Assembly: GCA_005893265.1 (NCBI GenBank)
Contig: VBOX01000056.1
Coordinates: 1 to 57,557 of the forward strand
Length of the DNA: 57,557 bases
From: Candidatus Eiseniibacteriota bacterium
GTDB taxonomy: Bacteria; Eisenbacteria; RBG-16-71-46; SZUA-252
Direction of reading: 5' to 3'
In this document: one piece after another, positions 47,036-56,362 of the stretch
Position numbering within the stretch: position 1 is the stretch's first letter
Layout of the letters: each line of letters begins with the position of its first letter
Notes under the pieces: generated by a model
Told to the model about the DNA's origin: nothing
The model's database searches: none
The model's input: only the letters and a program-made list of their open reading frames with translations
Made by a program: the position numbers and the translations under genes

Positions 47036-49870
47036 TTAGAAACTGATCTTCGCGCCGAAGCGCACCAGCCGGCCGTTCTCGTGCAACGTTGGACTGAGTT
47101 CCGCCAGGGTGTAGCGCCGCTGGGCATTGGACGTGCTGTAGGTATTCTGCCCCTCCTCGGTGTTGAGGAAGTTGGTGGTCTCTGCGTTTCCCGTTCCCGT
47201 GTAGACGGTGCGGACATTGTCGCGATCGAAGACGTTGAGCACCCAAAGGTATACGTCGAGGGTCTGGGCACCGAGACTCAGCCCCTTGCTGGCCTTGACG
47301 TCGGCCGACACGGTCCAGGGCCCGTACCGAGAGTTGATCGGGCCGATCGGCTGCGCCGAAACGGCGGCGAGCGTCACCTCGTTGTAAATACGGGTCGGCG
47401 TGTATGGGAACCCGCTTCCCGCATTCACGAGCACGTTGATGCCGGCGTTCTCGAGTATCTTTTTCCCGCTCAGCGCTGGCCCCTCTCCCTTGCCGAGCCT
47501 GTAATCGAGGTTCCACGAAAACTTGTGCCGCTGGTCGAACGCGAGCGGAGTCGCGATCTTCGGCACCTCGTCCGCGGTCCACGCGATGTTCCGTTGCGTC
47601 TGCGAGACCGAGCCCGTGCCCGTCGCCCAGGACAAGCTGTAGGACGCCGTCATGGAGACATAGCCCACGCGCCTCAACGTGTAGGCGAGATCGAGCCCTT
47701 TGATCGTCGCGAAGTCGCGGTTGCGATAGGAGGAGAAGGCGTTCGGATTCGAGGGAATGCTCGTGATCTCGACCAGATCCTTCACGTCCTTGTAGTACGC
47801 GGCCGCCTCGATTCTCGAGCGCTCGGTGGGCGTGTGCGCGATTCCGACTTCATAGGCCGTGGTTTGCTCCGGCTTGAGATTCGGATTTCCGAACCCGACG
47901 AAGTACCCACCGGTTCTGATCTTGTGTTCCAGGAAGGCGTAGCTCACGTAGAGGTCTTGAAGGTTCGGCTGCTGGAAGAACTTTCCATAGTTCACATGGA
48001 CCAGCGTCCTGTCGCTCACCGGGAACCCGACGCCAAGGCGTGGGCTTAGCCTCCGATAGACTTTCGACTCCTGTAGATCCTGGGGGTCGAGCCTCGTCGG
48101 CAGGTTGGTCGAGTCGTTCACGTCCGACTGGAGCGGCGTGGTCTCGCTCCGCAACGATCGCGTGGACGGGGTGAGGTAATCGAACCTGAGCCCCCCGTTC
48201 ACGACGAGCCCAAGTTGCTCGTACTTCCCCTGTGCGTAGAGCGACGCCACCTTGGGATGCTTGGGTCCGTCCAGGCCCCCGTCGGTCTTCTCCCCGAAGG
48301 CATCGAACCCGTACCGATCCGCATCCAGGGTGTTCTTGGGAAGGATCACCCCGGCGCTGTCTTCGTAGAGCGCCGTCGGGTAGTAGTGGTCGTAATAGCG
48401 AAGCGTGTGACGTTGGTAATCGCCGCCCACTTTGACCTGGAACGCCTTCGAGATCTGGTTCGCATAGTCGGCTGCGGCGCCGTAGTAGGAAGAAGTCCTG
48501 TGGAGGAAGTCGTCCCACACGTGTGCGCCCTGCGGGTCCTTAGCCCCGTAGAAGAAGAGCGCTTCATTGGAATCGTATGTTGGATCGCCCTTTCCCTGCG
48601 GAAACGCGTACGCCTTGAGGTTGTCAAAATAAACGCCGTCGCCGCGGATCCGGTCGGTGAGGAAGTAGTTGGCCTTCACTTCGTAGTAGGAGCGGGTGCT
48701 CAAGCTGTGGTTCCACGTTCCGTACGCCGAATAGTTCTTGTCGCGGAAGCGAGGAGCGTGCTCGAGGTCGAACCGATACGGATTTTGAAACTGCTGCCAC
48801 TTGTCCTCGTTGTACGTGCCGCCAAGCTTCAGCGTTTTCAGCGGGCTGGGCTTCCACGAAAGCTTCCCGACCCCGGACCAGGTCTTGCTATCGTTCGAGG
48901 GCAGGACTCCGTTCGTAAACAGCCCGGGTTGCGAGGGATCCCCCACCTCGTCCGTGATGATGCTCGGCCTGCGATCCTGGACATCCTTCCGCTCGCCGGC
49001 CGCGTAGAAGGTCACCTGCTTCATGCTTGGAGCCAGGGGGCCGCCCACCGAGGCGCTGAAGTTCTTGTAGCCCCGGCTCTTCTCGAACCAGTCTCCGAGG
49101 ACACCCTCCGCGGATCCGAAGTACTTCTCGCCGCCTTCCTTCGTCACGATGTTGATCGCGCCCGAATTGATGCGCCCGTATTCGGCGTTGAATCCGCCGG
49201 TCTGGACCACGATCTCTTCGATCGCGTCGCCGTTGATCGCCGTCGTCGAGACGCCCGTGAGCGGATCCTGCTGCGAGAAGCCATCCACGTAGTAGGCGAC
49301 CTCATTGGGGCGGCCGCCGCGAATGATCAACGTGTTGTTGTTCTGCGCTTCGTTATCGATGTTCAACTTGAAGTTGACGACGCCCGATTGCTGCGCCACG
49401 GCATCCTGGTAGCCGCGCAGCGGCTGATACTTGATGTCGTCTCCGGAGAGAAACTTCGCGGAGCCTGTCAGGTCCTTCTGGATCAGGGGACGCTCCGCCT
49501 TGATGACCACTTCGGGCACGTTCGTCAGCACCGTGGATTCGATCGAGAAGTCGAGCCTGGTGTTGAAGTCGGGGATGATCTCCACGTCCTGCCGTACCTG
49601 CGAGACGAAGCCCAAGAGCGAGACTCGAACCGAATAGTGCCCGGCGGGAACATTCAAGATGCTGTAGTTCCCCTGGGCGTCGGTCACCGCCCCGCGCTTC
49701 AGATCCGGGATCGCGATGCTGGCGAGCGCTACCGGCTCTCCGGTTTTCGCGTCGTGGACGACCCCGGACAGCTGTCCCGTCGTTCCAGCCCGCGCGGTGC
49801 CAAACACAAAAACGGCGCTGGCCAAAAGGATGGCCGCGCCCAGTACAACCCTAAGACGAGGTCGAAGCAT
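47036..49870 (-). CDS. TonB-dependent receptor
   Basis: CarboxypepD_reg-like N-domain, plug IRGGRPNEVAYYVDG and GGFNAEYG, SPRLG, GNPNLKPEQT, C-terminal Phe. Confidence 0.93.
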   Translation of the reverse strand: MLRPRLRVVLGAAILLASAVFVFGTARAGTTGQLSGVVHDAKTGEPVALASIAIPDLKRGAVTDAQGNYSILNVPAGHYSVRVSLLGFVSQVRQDVEIIPDFNTRLDFSIESTVLTNVPEVVIKAERPLIQKDLTGSAKFLSGDDIKYQPLRGYQDAVAQQSGVVNFKLNIDNEAQNNNTLIIRGGRPNEVAYYVDGFSQQDPLTGVSTTAINGDAIEEIVVQTGGFNAEYGRINSGAINIVTKEGGEKYFGSAEGVLGDWFEKSRGYKNFSASVGGPLAPSMKQVTFYAAGERKDVQDRRPSIITDEVGDPSQPGLFTNGVLPSNDSKTWSGVGKLSWKPSPLKTLKLGGTYNEDKWQQFQNPYRFDLEHAPRFRDKNYSAYGTWNHSLSTRSYYEVKANYFLTDRIRGDGVYFDNLKAYAFPQGKGDPTYDSNEALFFYGAKDPQGAHVWDDFLHRTSSYYGAAADYANQISKAFQVKVGGDYQRHTLRYYDHYYPTALYEDSAGVILPKNTLDADRYGFDAFGEKTDGGLDGPKHPKVASLYAQGKYEQLGLVVNGGLRFDYLTPSTRSLRSETTPLQSDVNDSTNLPTRLDPQDLQESKVYRRLSPRLGVGFPVSDRTLVHVNYGKFFQQPNLQDLYVSYAFLEHKIRTGGYFVGFGNPNLKPEQTTAYEVGIAHTPTERSRIEAAAYYKDVKDLVEITSIPSNPNAFSSYRNRDFATIKGLDLAYTLRRVGYVSMTASYSLSWATGTGSVSQTQRNIAWTADEVPKIATPLAFDQRHKFSWNLDYRLGKGEGPALSGKKILENAGINVLVNAGSGFPYTPTRIYNEVTLAAVSAQPIGPINSRYGPWTVSADVKASKGLSLGAQTLDVYLWVLNVFDRDNVRTVYTGTGNAETTNFLNTEEGQNTYSTSNAQRRYTLAELSPTLHENGRLVRFGAKISF

Positions 49871-50119
49871 GATTCGCCCCCCTTTGATGATCCACCGTAT
49901 CGCCATTTCGAGGGTTCTCCATCCCTGGCAACGATCGAACCTTGACTTACCGATCCGACCTCTACTCCGCACATCCCGTGCCCAGCCCACAGGCACCCTC
50001 ATTTTGGCCACCGAAGGACTCAAAAAGTTACCGGCTCTGTCGCATTCACCCCCTGATCCGAAGCCCACTTACGAGCTGCGGCTCCGAATGCGTGAGCCGC
50101 AACACATTCCACTACCTTG

Positions 50120-50149
50120 AAATTACGTACCTGTCCGAAAATTTGTCAA
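50120..50149 (-). promoter_or_regulatory. sigma70-type promoter of the TBDR operon
   Basis: TTGACA-18 nt-TAATTT in an AT-rich patch. Confidence 0.6.
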
Positions 50150-50164
50150 CACTTTTTCCCATGC

Positions 50165-50202
50165 AAAAGACTAGGCCGCCCGGATTGAGTGCCCGGGCGG
50201 CC
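50165..50202 (-). terminator. intrinsic terminator after the outer-membrane barrel gene
   Basis: Perfect 10-bp stem GGCCGCCCGG/CCGGGCGGCC followed by TAGTCTTTT on the minus strand. Confidence 0.7.
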
Positions 50203-50259
50203 CTTGGACTGCTGCTACGTTTGGCTCCGCGGAGCCGTGCTGCTTGCCTTCTACGCCTC

Positions 50260-51597
50260 CTAGAAGTGGTACGTCGCGGAGGCGCGCGTGAATGGCGTGG
50301 ACCGGTCCCCGGAGAGAATGTACCCGCCGGTGAGCGGGAACTTCTCGTTGAGCGTCATGTCGACGTCCAGGTTGTTCCAGCGCATGCCGGTTCCAAGGCT
50401 GAGATTGAACGCCGAACTCCGCGTCTTGTCGATCGTCGTCACGTTGGGCGGCCCGAACGCGACGGTTTCGGTGCGGTCGCCAACGAGCGTGCGGTTCGCG
50501 CCCACGCGGACCTTGAGCCACTTCGTGGCGTCGGTCTCGATGGCGGCGAACACGACAGGGACCGCCGTGGTCTTTTCCGTCAATTCCTGCGTTTCGCCCG
50601 CGACGATGGCTGCGTCCGACCGCGTGAAATGGTGCTTCGCCTGCGCGACCGACACGCCCCAGAGAAGGAGGTTGTTGTCGTTCACGCGCATGTTGTCGGA
50701 AATCCCCACTCCGTACTGGCGGTAGGTCTCCTTGGCGGAGCGCGTGACGCCTGCCGCTCCACCGAAGTTGTCGACGGTCCAGCCGAGATCGTCGTTGACG
50801 TACCAGGCGGCCGGAACCCACACGTGCCGGTCACCCTGATTCACGAACGCGCGAGCGTTCACGACGTAGGAAGCGGAGCCGTCATCCTGCCAGCGCTCGT
50901 TCCCGGCCGCGGTCGAGCTGCGATCCAGGGAGTACTTGCGGTAGGTCACCGCACCCTCGAAGCGGTTGTCGTTGCTCATGTGTAGCGTGATAGCCGGCGT
51001 GACGCCGAACGTATTGAGCTCGATGCCACCGCCGACGATCTGGTTGGCGGTGACGACGCCGAACGGATAAGGATCGAATCCCGCGAGGTTGTCGATGCCC
51101 CGAGACTTCACCACGACGGCTCCCGGGGTCGTCGACGTTTCGGCGCTCGAGTTCGTGATGTCCACGCGGACCGCAAAATCGAAACTGCTGAACGCCTTCC
51201 CCCAGATCGCATCGAGCTGTTCGTTGTTGAGGCTGCTCGATGCCGTGAGGTTGTTGAGCGCGCTTTGCTTCATCTGAAACGCGATGGCTCCGAAGCGCGG
51301 GAAGTTCCGGATCACCGTGAAGCTTTGCTCGCCGAACGTGACGGAGCTGGGGGTGACCACATTGACGTCCGAAAGACCGGACGGGTTGTTGCCCAGTTCC
51401 GCCAGCACGAGATTGTTCTGCCGCACGACCGACGCGGGATAGTAATAGATGTTCACGTAATCGTCGGTGAACTGGCTGAGCGTGGGGACCGACAGCGACA
51501 TGCCCTCGACACGCGACAACGATGCCCGGCTCTCGCCCGCGGTCAGGGCGACGACTGCGGCCAGGCTCAAGACAGCCATCAGCTTGCGCTGAGACAT
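50260..51597 (-). CDS. outer-membrane beta-barrel protein (FadL/PorV-like plug; possible major OMP)
   Basis: Signal peptide, SRVEGM...DD..NIYYYPAS plug-like motif, amphipathic strands, terminal ASATYHF, SD AAGGAGG. Confidence 0.78.
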   Translation of the reverse strand: MSQRKLMAVLSLAAVVALTAGESRASLSRVEGMSLSVPTLSQFTDDYVNIYYYPASVVRQNNLVLAELGNNPSGLSDVNVVTPSSVTFGEQSFTVIRNFPRFGAIAFQMKQSALNNLTASSSLNNEQLDAIWGKAFSSFDFAVRVDITNSSAETSTTPGAVVVKSRGIDNLAGFDPYPFGVVTANQIVGGGIELNTFGVTPAITLHMSNDNRFEGAVTYRKYSLDRSSTAAGNERWQDDGSASYVVNARAFVNQGDRHVWVPAAWYVNDDLGWTVDNFGGAAGVTRSAKETYRQYGVGISDNMRVNDNNLLLWGVSVAQAKHHFTRSDAAIVAGETQELTEKTTAVPVVFAAIETDATKWLKVRVGANRTLVGDRTETVAFGPPNVTTIDKTRSSAFNLSLGTGMRWNNLDVDMTLNEKFPLTGGYILSGDRSTPFTRASATYHF

Positions 51598-51824
51598 CTG
51601 TTATAGCCTCCTTGGTTAGGTGACCCCGATGGACCTGGAGCCTCTTGCCCGAACTCGCTAGAAGAGACGGGAATCAAGTCCGGTGCACGGAGAGCGTTAA
51701 CGCGAAGCTTGAGTCGTCGCTGCCCCACCCCCTTTCGGTCTGGTCTTCAAATACGTGCCTGACCAACCAAATCCCCCTACCCGACCCCCATAAGGTCAAA
51801 GGGGGCACCAAAAATTTTCGGCGC

Positions 51825-51854
51825 ACCGTAGGCTTCCCGGCCCAGTCCTGTCAA
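51825..51854 (-). promoter_or_regulatory. sigma70-type promoter of the barrel gene
   Basis: TTGACA-18 nt-TACGGT, with a tandem repeat GCTCAAAAT/GCTCAAAT just upstream. Confidence 0.5.
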
Positions 51855-51930
51855 TCGAAATTTGAGCATTTTGAGCGCAAGTGACTGTAGTGTAGATATT
51901 TACGAGATCGAGTCCGGGCCCGCCGAATGA

Positions 51931-52395
51931 CTACGAATCGCGGCATTTGGAGCACAGTCCGCGAACCCTGACCGCGACTTCCTCGGCAGCGAACGCGGAT
52001 CGGCGCACGAGGTTGGCCAATGCCCTGGCCAGCGACTCATCCAAGACTTCCTGGATTGCGCCGCAACGGCGGCAAACGGGGTGATGATGCGGATCGCTGG
52101 GCTTGGCGAGCTCATAGTGCAGCGTCCCGTCGACCAGTTGTGTCCGACGCAGGATTCCCGCCGTCACAAGAAGGCTCAGGGTGCGGTAAATGCTCGCCCT
52201 TGAGAGACGTCTTCCTTGTCCACGGAGCCTGAGACGCAATGCTTCGGCATCGAAGTGCCGGGGCGCGTTCAGGATCGACTCTAGGATTTGCTGCCGAGGC
52301 GCGGTCGACCGGAGCTTTTGGGTCGCGAGAAACTGGACCCAGCGAAGTCTGGAATCCGCGAAGCTAGGGGCTGCTGGGGGAAGAGACAAGCTCAT
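51931..52395 (-). CDS. Fur family transcriptional regulator
   Basis: T.PR..IL, HFDAE, SRASIYRTL, HHH..C..CG, GLC..C. Confidence 0.9.
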   Translation of the reverse strand: MSLSLPPAAPSFADSRLRWVQFLATQKLRSTAPRQQILESILNAPRHFDAEALRLRLRGQGRRLSRASIYRTLSLLVTAGILRRTQLVDGTLHYELAKPSDPHHHPVCRRCGAIQEVLDESLARALANLVRRSAFAAEEVAVRVRGLCSKCRDS

Positions 52396-53725
52396 ATCGC
52401 CCAAATCCATCGCGATCCACGAACACAAACGTCCGTCGGTCCCGGTAGTAGTACCAGATCTCCTCGGGGGGGCGATCGAAGTTAAACGGATTGCGAACGA
52501 CTTCGTCGGGCGGCCCGTATACGACATAGATGCGGCCCATGTCGGTCTTCCATCCGGGGCTGCCCGTCGAGAAATGCTGGTTCGCGTACTGGACCCGCTG
52601 ATAGAACTCGTCCCGGGCCTCGTTCTCAGGCGTCTCCGGGGTCGGATCGCGTCGCTTCCAGAACGCTTCCCAGTAGGCTTTTCGCGCTTCCTCCCCTTGA
52701 AGTTTCCCGATCTCATCGATTTCCTGCTGTGTCGCGATATAGCGGAGGACATCCAATGATTGCGCGGAAGCGAATCCCATCGTCGCGCGCGATTGATCCA
52801 CATCAAAGCCTTTGTCCCGGCGGATCGTGGAGGTCTTGCCCTGTTTCGAGCCTGGCGTGGGTGGAACATTCATCGCCACGACGAACCGATAGGATCCAGG
52901 GCCCAGGCTGACCAGCCTCGGGCGGATGAGAAACGGTGTCCGGCCGGCCCGCCGCGTGAATGTTGTGTCGCCGATGATGACCTGCTCCCCGCTCTCGCTG
53001 ACCACCTTGTAGGAGAGGCGGAAGAGAGAGTCCGATCCCGCGTCGTTCCTCTGGTCGAAGATCTCCCCGGCGGCCGCGAATTGATCGATGTTGTCGCCGT
53101 AATGCCGGGACGGGTTGGGAACGAACTTGAGGGAGCCCCCCGCGCCGGACTCAGCGGTACCGAGGGAAAGGTCAGAGAACCACACAAGCCCAGGCGGCGA
53201 GGAGGGAACTTCGAAATCGATCGCGGTTCCAGACGTGCGCTCGGCGACAAGATCCGTGATCGCCACCTCGATCCGGTATTTGCCGGGCGGGAGCTGGAAA
53301 TCGAGATGGTCCGTGATGTCCTCTCCCCGCTTGCGCGTTTCGGAATAGGTCGATGCGCGAAGCTCTCGCGTGTACGTGTCTCCGGTGATCTGCCTTCCAC
53401 CCTTCTGCCTGAGGAAGATCACGCGCACCTCGTACGCGGCGCGGTATCCGGCCGGAGGGGTGCGTTCGAACAAGAGCTCGCTGCGGCTCAGGCGGTAGTC
53501 GAGCCGGACCGTCGGCTTACCCGACTCTCCCAGCTGCAGGGTGGCGTCGACCGAAAAGCGGGGACGGGTCGGACTCGTTCCGGGAGGTGCAGCGTCCGCC
53601 TGGGACGGCGGGCCCGGGTTTTGGTATTGAGCCGACGCCGTGCCGCTCCAAAGCCATGCCGCGCCGAGCAGGATGAGCCCACGGAGGGCTCGCGCCCTAA
53701 CGGAGGAGGATGAGTTGGCGGGCAT
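52364..53725 (-). CDS. GWxTD domain-containing protein
   Basis: Signal peptide; FWKRRDPTPET.ENE, RV.YAN, GWKTDMGRIY..YGPPD, E.WYY. Confidence 0.9.
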   Translation of the reverse strand: MPANSSSSVRARALRGLILLGAAWLWSGTASAQYQNPGPPSQADAAPPGTSPTRPRFSVDATLQLGESGKPTVRLDYRLSRSELLFERTPPAGYRAAYEVRVIFLRQKGGRQITGDTYTRELRASTYSETRKRGEDITDHLDFQLPPGKYRIEVAITDLVAERTSGTAIDFEVPSSPPGLVWFSDLSLGTAESGAGGSLKFVPNPSRHYGDNIDQFAAAGEIFDQRNDAGSDSLFRLSYKVVSESGEQVIIGDTTFTRRAGRTPFLIRPRLVSLGPGSYRFVVAMNVPPTPGSKQGKTSTIRRDKGFDVDQSRATMGFASAQSLDVLRYIATQQEIDEIGKLQGEEARKAYWEAFWKRRDPTPETPENEARDEFYQRVQYANQHFSTGSPGWKTDMGRIYVVYGPPDEVVRNPFNFDRPPEEIWYYYRDRRTFVFVDRDGFGRYELVSSPSSP

Positions 53726-56267
53726 CGTCGATACCAGGTCCATCCAGCTGGATGAAGTACACGCCGTCCACGGCCGGGCGCCCGCGTTCGTCACGTCCGT
53801 CCCACGTGAGCGAGCCGAATCCTCCACCGACGGCGGTGGAGCCCACGATCCGGCGCACCAGTCTCCCAGCCGGATCGAATACACGGAGCACGATTGATTT
53901 TCCTCCATAGGAGGAGAGCACGCGATATGGAACGGTGAGCGTCTGCCCGTTTCTCGGTCTATAGGGGTTTGGATAAACCCGACCCAGGGCCGAGTTGGAA
54001 GGCACGTAGATCGCGCCGTCGGCCACCTTTCGCGAAGAGCCGTCCGGAAAGAACGCCTCCAGCCGATACCGGTAGTGCGTGGCCGCCTGGACGGCGTCGT
54101 CGAGCGTGGAGGTGGCCGCCGGGCTCAACATGGAATCGTTCACGCGGGTGCCCCAGGAGCCGAAGGCGAGCCCTTGGGTCGCCGTCCCCAGATCGCGGTA
54201 TACGTTCCAGCCGACCATGCCCGTCGGCGGCGGAGCGGTCCAGGAAATCCGCACACGGGGACGCACGGCAGTCCGGTCGATCTCGAGGTTCAAGCCGGGG
54301 TCGGTGACGACCACGGCGCTCGCGCGAAAACGTTCGAGCCCAAAGCTCCCGGCAATGAGCAGGTCGTCTCCCACCCAGACCGCGTCGCGCGAGAAGCCAG
54401 GGATCGTGATCACCCCACGCGTGCGAGGCGCCGAGGGATTCCGCAGATCGATCGCGAGCGCGCCGCCGTCCCCGAGGAGTACCAGCGCTGTCTCTCCAAG
54501 CTGGGTCACCCCGAAGCAGGCCGGCGCGGGGACGGTCGCAAGCAGGACGGGCGAGGTCGGATCGAATACGTCGACCACCTGCACGTCCCCGCCGCCGGTT
54601 CCGACGATCAGCCGCGTGCCCGAGAGGTCGAGGTCTCGCGCCCCGATGAGCGACGCCGGTCCGAGCGTAGCGGGTGCGTCCGGATTCCCGAAGCGGATCG
54701 AAAGGACCCCCTGGAGCTCATCCGCGATGAAGGCAATGGTGTCCTTCACCGCGATCGCGCGCGGGTCAAAAATGAAGGGATAGTTCACGCTGCCGCGGGG
54801 AACGGGTGAAGCCGGGGTGGTCACGTCCACGAACGTGATGCCCGCCGAGCCGCCCCCTCGCCGAGCGACGACGACGAGCCCCGTGTCGATCACCGAAACG
54901 GCGACCGTGATCCCCGGGAGGGCGGGAGCGGTGACCGACGCGAGCGGCACCGGAGAGGCCGGGTCGGCGACGTCCACGACCGTGAGACCACCGGTGCCTG
55001 ACGCGAGATAAGCGACGTGCCGGACGCGGTCCAAGGAGATGTCGTACACCCGCGCATTGCCGGAGGGCGCCAGGACGCCGACCAGCGAGGTGTCGGCCGA
55101 CCCCGCGCGGTAGACGCGGAGCCCGCCCGTGTAGTCGGCCACGTACGCGAGACCCGCGTCCCATGCGACGCGCCGGACTCGGCCGGCTCCGGTGGTCGTG
55201 GTGCGCGGAGGCTGGGCCGGCTGCGCCACGTCGAAGATCTCGAGCAGGCTCTGCCCCACCTCGTCCGGCTCCGTGGCTTGCGTCTGGTCATCCTCCGAAA
55301 CCACCGCGAATCCGCCAACGATCGACACGTGAAACGGCTCGATCGCGGTCAGGCGGGGCGCCTGCGGCGTCAGGACTCCACCTTTGGCTCCGCCGCGCGT
55401 GAACTGGGCATAGAAGCGTGTTTGGCCGATCGCGACGACCGAGCCAGAATCGGCGTCGATGTCCCGGACGAATGTGCCCACGACCGCCGCCGTTCCCGGG
55501 ACTCGGGTTTCGGTATCGAAGGGAAGGACGCCGTTGTCCCCCACCGCGACGAACGCCATCGCGTCCGGCCACGCGAGGTCCCGCGCCTGGTACCCGTTCG
55601 CCGCGAACTCCCAGAGCGACTCGGGCGCGGCCCCGGTTCGCACGCGGTACAACGTGAGGAACATGCCGAGTGTCGGGGTGCTGCGCACGCTCAACACGAG
55701 AAATGAATCGCTGCGGGCTTGAACCCGCACGATTCCCCGCCCGTCCCGGTACGTGCGCGCGTCCAGGAGGGAAAGGGCCCCCGGCGACGTTTCCCGGAAA
55801 AGGTACAGAGTGGATTCGCTCGCGGCCGCGAGGGTCGCGCTCCCGCGGGCGAACGCGCCGTGCTCGAGCGTGCCCAGGTGATCGTGCCCCCCGATCGCGA
55901 CCAGGTTCGTGGAGTCGGTCGCGTCGACGGCCACGATGCCGCGGTCTCCCGCGAAGAGATACGCCGTGCGACCGGTCCAGGCGACCTCGTCCACCTGCCC
56001 TGCTGTGCGGAACGACCCGAACAGCGCGTCCCCCGCGGTGGCTCCGCGGAACTCGATTCCGGTCCGCGTGGGGACCACATAGGTCCCCCCCGCGGCGCCC
56101 ACTGATACGGGGACCGCCGGGCCGTATCGCGCGGATACGGAGGATGGCGTGAGGCGTGTCGCGATGATCTCGCTCGCGGCGCGCGCGCCGTGGAGCGGCG
56201 CGGCGAGGAGGCAACCGACGAGAATGACGAGGACGGGAATGGGCGACGGTCGCGGAGATGGGGTCAT
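53697..56267 (-). CDS. secreted LVIVD-repeat (beta-propeller-like) protein with a FlgD-Ig/T9SS-like CTD
   Basis: Repeated AYVA....GL.VVDV.DP..P units; C-terminal YPNP...VFD.AGRLVR...WDGRD..G....GVYF. Confidence 0.82.
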   Translation of the reverse strand: MTPSPRPSPIPVLVILVGCLLAAPLHGARAASEIIATRLTPSSVSARYGPAVPVSVGAAGGTYVVPTRTGIEFRGATAGDALFGSFRTAGQVDEVAWTGRTAYLFAGDRGIVAVDATDSTNLVAIGGHDHLGTLEHGAFARGSATLAAASESTLYLFRETSPGALSLLDARTYRDGRGIVRVQARSDSFLVLSVRSTPTLGMFLTLYRVRTGAAPESLWEFAANGYQARDLAWPDAMAFVAVGDNGVLPFDTETRVPGTAAVVGTFVRDIDADSGSVVAIGQTRFYAQFTRGGAKGGVLTPQAPRLTAIEPFHVSIVGGFAVVSEDDQTQATEPDEVGQSLLEIFDVAQPAQPPRTTTTGAGRVRRVAWDAGLAYVADYTGGLRVYRAGSADTSLVGVLAPSGNARVYDISLDRVRHVAYLASGTGGLTVVDVADPASPVPLASVTAPALPGITVAVSVIDTGLVVVARRGGGSAGITFVDVTTPASPVPRGSVNYPFIFDPRAIAVKDTIAFIADELQGVLSIRFGNPDAPATLGPASLIGARDLDLSGTRLIVGTGGGDVQVVDVFDPTSPVLLATVPAPACFGVTQLGETALVLLGDGGALAIDLRNPSAPRTRGVITIPGFSRDAVWVGDDLLIAGSFGLERFRASAVVVTDPGLNLEIDRTAVRPRVRISWTAPPPTGMVGWNVYRDLGTATQGLAFGSWGTRVNDSMLSPAATSTLDDAVQAATHYRYRLEAFFPDGSSRKVADGAIYVPSNSALGRVYPNPYRPRNGQTLTVPYRVLSSYGGKSIVLRVFDPAGRLVRRIVGSTAVGGGFGSLTWDGRDERGRPAVDGVYFIQLDGPGIDDARQLILLR

Positions 56268-56362
56268 CTGGCTCGACGCTACCACGCCCCGTCGAACCGC
56301 CTCAAGGGGCGTTGTTTCCGCTTGCCGGGTCAATTTGCGCCATGGTATAGACTCTCCACGAA

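Noticed and set aside
49960-50010. TPP-riboswitch-like GGGTGCC...GGCTG in the TBDR leader
   Set aside because: Lacks CTGAGA and the ACCTGA...GCGTAGGGAA elements.
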